Assembly (NCBI GenBank): GCA_963725865.1
Contig: CAVSAC010000012.1
Span: 1,344,001 to 1,408,000 of the forward strand
Origin: Candidatus Eiseniibacteriota bacterium
GTDB taxonomy: Bacteria > Eisenbacteria > RBG-16-71-46
Direction: 5' to 3'
DNA: 64,000 bases
Shown: one piece after another, positions 59,981 to 64,000 of the stretch
How the letters are laid out: every line of letters starts with the position of its first letter
How positions within the stretch are numbered: position 1 is the first letter of the stretch
Notes under the pieces: generated by a model
Told to the model about the DNA's origin: nothing
Databases searched by the model: none
Seen by the model: only the letters and a program-made list of their open reading frames with translations
Position numbers and translations under genes: made by a program

Positions 59981-62900
59981 ATGTCGAGCCGCCCCTCCGC
60001 GAAGGCGCTGCTGCGCGCTGTCTGCGTTCCGATCCTCCTCGCCTTGTCGCTCTCCAACGCCGTCGCGTCCGACTCGAGGATTGAGCCGCGCTTCGACGAC
60101 GCAGGAGATCTCAACGCGTCCGCGGATACTGGCCCGAACTCGGCTGAGTTCCCTATCGCACGAGGCTCGTTCGGGCTCGCTGCGCCCCTTCAGGTCCAGT
60201 GTGAACCCGATCTCGCCATCAGTCTGGTTCCCGACAACGCGCCCTGCGCGGGCGAGATCGCCCGCTATCATGTTCTAGTCCGAAACGTGGGCTCGGGGCC
60301 GAGTGTGGGACCCATCATCGTCACGGATTCCCTCCCCTCCGGCCTCTCCTTCATCTCCGCCACCGGCTCCGGGTGGAGCTTCCAGACTCAGGGATCGATC
60401 CTGACGGCGACTTACTCGGGCTCGCTCGAGGTGGGCGCCAGCACGCGCTTCGACCTCGAAGTGCGCGTTGCCGCCGACGCGGCGCCCGGCCTGGTCCATG
60501 TGGTCAGTCTCGCCGGCGGCGGGGACGCGAATCTCTGCAACAACCGCGACCAGGTCGTCGTGCGACTGTGTGCCGAGCCCGACCTGGCGATCGACAAGCG
60601 GCACTCGTCGGACTTCACCGTCGGGCTGCGTGGGACCTACACGATCCTGGTCCTCAACGTTGGGCAGGCGCCGACCTCCGGCACCATCACGGTCACCGAT
60701 ACCCTTCCCAGCGGCCTGACGTTCAGCAGTGGGTCGGGCCCGGGTTGGTCCTTCAGCTCGAGCGGGCGAATCGTCACGGCGCGCCATGCGAGCCCGCTCA
60801 ACCCCGGCGACACGCTCGTGTTCACCGTGCGGGTGAACGTCGCGGCCGCCGCAGTTCCCGAGGTCGTCAACTGCGCCGCGGTCTCCGTCTGCAATGACCA
60901 CCACCCCGAGAACGACCGGGATTGCGACCCGACCGACGTCCAGCCTGCCCCTCCCGACCTCTCCATCTGCCTGACCCGAACCAACTGCCCCTGTGTCGGC
61001 GACACGGCCAGATACCGAGTCCAGATCCAGAACGTCGGCAAGGGACCGTGCTTCGGCATCATCACCGTGACCGACACGCTCCCAGACGGCCTCACGTTCC
61101 TGAATGGGACCGGAGCCCGGTGGACCTTCGCCCTCGACGGCCAGGTCCTGACGGCCAGTCACGAAGGGCCACTCGCCCCCCGGGACACACTCGGGTTCCG
61201 GATGGAACTCGCCGTCGGGCCGGCCGCCTATCCCAGCGTGACGCACTATGTGACCGTCCATGGCAACGGGGACCTCAATCCGAAGAACGATCGAGACAAG
61301 GACCGCCTGACCTTTTCCGCATGCCCGGGCGCCATCGACCTGACGATCGACAAGCGGCACGGCGTGCCGTTCGTGGTGGGGAGCAATGGGACCTACACCA
61401 TCGTGGTGACCAACGTCGGCACGCTGCCGAGTGTCGGGACCATCACGGTGCTCGACACCCTGCCGAGCGGGCTGAGTTACGTGAGCGGCGCGGGCGCCGG
61501 CTGGACCATCAGCGCCACGGGCGCGATCGTGACCGCGACGCACCCTTCGCCGCTGGCGGCGGGCGACAGTCTCTCGTACACGCTGACGGTGGCGGTGGCG
61601 GGCTCCGCGGTGCCGCTGGTGGTCAACGCGGCGACGGTCTCGGGCGGTGGCGACAGCAACCCCGACAACAACCGCGACGTCGATCCGACCCCGGTCGAAG
61701 GCGCGCCGGAGCCGGATCTGACGGTGGACCTGAGTGCGCTGGGTGCTCCGTGCGTGGGTGAGACGGCGCGCTACCGGGTGGTGGTGAGCAACCTGGGGAC
61801 CGTGCCGAGCGTGGGCACCATCACGATGACGGACACCCTGCCGGCGGGGCTCTCGTTCGTGAGTGGATCCGGCCCCGGCTGGACCATCGTCAACACCGGT
61901 GCGGTCGTCACGGCGACCCATCGCTCGCCGCTGGCGGTGGGCGACAGCCTGGCGCTGGAGCTGGTGGTGGCGGTGGGGAGCGCGGCGTACCCGACGGTGA
62001 CCAACACGGTGTACGTGACGGGCGGCGGCGACACGACCCCGGCGAACGATCGGGCGAGCCATGTGCTGGCGGTGTGCCCGGGCACCATCGACCTGACGAT
62101 CGACAAGCGGCACGGCGTGCCGTTCGTGGTGGGGAGCAATGGCACCTACACGATCGTGGTGACCAACCTGGGCACGCTGCCGAGCGTCGGCACCATCACG
62201 GTGCTCGACACCCTGCCGAGCGGACTGAGTTACGTGAGCGCCTCCGGCGCTGGCTGGACCATCAGCGCCACGGGCGCGATCGTGACCGCGACGCACGCGT
62301 CCCCGCTCGCCGCGGGCGACAGTCTCTCGTACACGCTGACGGTGGCGGTGGCGGGCTCCGCGGTGCCGCTGGTGGTCAACGCGGCGACGGTCTCGGGCGG
62401 TGGCGACAGCAACCCCGACAACAACCGCGACATCGATCCGACCCCGGTCGAAGGCGCGCCGGAGCCGTCGACCTGACGATCGACAAGCGGCACGGCGTGC
62501 CGTTCGTGCGTGGGGAGAACGGCACGCTACACGGATCGTGGTGACCAACCTGGGCACGCTGCCGAGCGTCGGCACCATCACGGTGCTCGACACCCTGCCG
62601 AGCGGACTGAGCTACGTGAGCGGCTCCGGCGCTGGCTGGACCATCACCAACACCGGCGCGATCGTGACCGCGACCCATCGCCTCGCCGCTGGCGGCGGGC
62701 GACAGTCTCTCGTACACGCTGACGGTGGCGGTCGCGCCGGCGGCGGTGCCGTTGGTGGTCAACGCCGCGACGGTCTCGGGCGGCGGCGACAGCAACCCCG
62801 ACAACAACCGCGACACCGATCCGACCCCGGTGGGCGGCACCATCGACCTGACGATCGACAAGCGGCACAGCGTGCCGTTCGTGGTGGGGACGAACGGCAC

Positions 62901-64000
62901 CTACACGATCGTGGTGACCAACCTGGGCACGCTGCCGAGCGTCGGCACCATCACGGTGCTCGACACCCTGCCGAGCGGACTGAGCTACGTGAGCGCCTCC
63001 GGTGCTGGCTGGACCATCACCAACACCGGCGCGATCGTGACCGCGACCCACCCTTCCCCGCTCGCTGCGGGCGACAGTCTCTCGTACACGCTGACGGTGG
63101 CGGTCGCTCCGGCGCGCGGTGCCGTTGGTGGTCAACGCCGCGACGGTCTCGGGCGGTGGCGACAGCAACCCCGACAACAACCGGGACATCGATCCCACGC
63201 CGGTCGGCGGCACTGGGAGGCTGGTGGTCGAGAAGCAGGTCTCTCCGACCGAGGCCGAAGTGGGTGACGTCGTCGACTACACCATCACGATCCGCAACGT
63301 CGGGACGGGAGATCTCCACCACGTGCGGGTGGAGGACACGCTCCCGGCTGGCTTGAGCTACGTGGCGGGCTCCTCGCGACTGGACGGCATCCGGGTCCCG
63401 GATCCCGACGGCGCGCCAGGGCCATCTCTGCGATTCGAGATTGGCGACGTCATGGCGGGTCAGTCGCGCCGTCTGCTCTATCGCGTCGAGGTGCGCGCTG
63501 GGGCCGAGCTGGGTTCGGGTACGAACCTCGCGTTCGCAGGCACCCCGGATGACTCCAGCGGTGGTTCGAACGTCGCCGAGGCCACCCTGAAGATCCGCAA
63601 CGTGACGTTCGCGGACGAAGGCATCCTGATCGGCAAGGTATTCGTCGATTGCGACTGCGACACCAATGGAATCCAGGGCGCTGAGGAACTCGGGATCCCA
63701 GGCGTGCGCCTGTATCTCGAGGATGGCAGCTCCGCGATCACCGATTCCGAGGGCAAGTACTCGTTCGCCAATCTCCGGCCGCGACTGCACGTCGTGCGCA
63801 TCGACGCGAGCACGCTGCCCGCCGCGGTCGACCTCAAGTCGCTCTCGAACCGCGATGCCGGGGATCCGCTCAGTCGCTTCGTCGATCTCACGAAGGGCGA
63901 ACTCCATCGTGCCGACTTCGCGACTCGGACGTGCGCCCCCACGGTGCTCGCCCAGGTCAAGACGCGGCGGCGTCTCGGCGAGATCACGGGACCGTCGCCC
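59981..64000 (+). CDS. Giant secreted DUF11-repeat protein with SdrD-B-like domain; several indels at 62467-63118; runs off the window end
   Basis: Signal peptide and at least 9 DUF11 units (DL.I.K...VTDTLPSGL...NN). After 63119 the original frame resumes: IGKVFVDCDCDTNG.Q..EELGIPGVRLYLEDG..AITDSEGKYS...SRFVDL..GELHRADF. Confidence 0.85.
61334..63205 (+). repeat. Four near-identical ~375-bp DUF11-coding repeats starting near 61334, 62087, 62467 and 62842
   Basis: Each starts (A)TCGACCTGACGATCGACAAGCGGCAC and ends GACAGCAACCCCGACAACAACCG.GAC..CGATCC.AC.CCGGT. Confidence 0.9.

Noticed and set aside
62467..63118. Programmed frameshifting, phase variation, or Sec readthrough of the TGA at 62474
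   Set aside because: There are no slippery or homopolymer tracts. The TGA is the out-of-frame CTG ACG of the repeat, and the pattern fits sequencing error.
61334..63205. CRISPR array or diversity-generating retroelement TR/VR pair
   Set aside because: The repeats are ~375-bp protein-coding units. There are no spacers, cas or reverse transcriptase genes, and no adenine-specific mismatch pattern.

Overview
This is a very GC-rich bacterial chromosomal segment with about 40 genes and no rRNA, tRNA, CRISPR array or mobile element detected. Six secreted proteins end in a FlgD-Ig/T9SS-type C-terminal domain and two end in a short 'WGxxKxx(Y/F)R' tail; with several Hanks-type Ser/Thr kinases this suggests (inference) an FCB-related lineage such as Ca. 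Eisenbacteria or Latescibacteria. Content includes aqpZ, a catalase, a chrB-chrF-MFS operon without chrA, an ArsR-SRPBCC-VOC operon, a cluster of six exported peptidases (M1, M28, tricorn S41, S33, S9, M13), an IorA/IorB-type molybdoenzyme pair, a GH144-type glucanase, a lamin-tail/PLD protein, and a giant DUF11-repeat surface protein broken by probable sequencing indels. The main finding is that the ORF calls 40932-42347 and 40176-40910 are very probably one ~623-aa exported selenoprotein. The in-frame UGA sits at the active-site position of a thioredoxin fold (WPYT-U-NLS) and is followed by an fdhF-type SECIS hairpin, between an unrecognised helical N-terminal domain and a C-terminal TlpA (WCPPC) domain. 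Eight deletion-scarred gene remnants also fill the apparent intergenic space.
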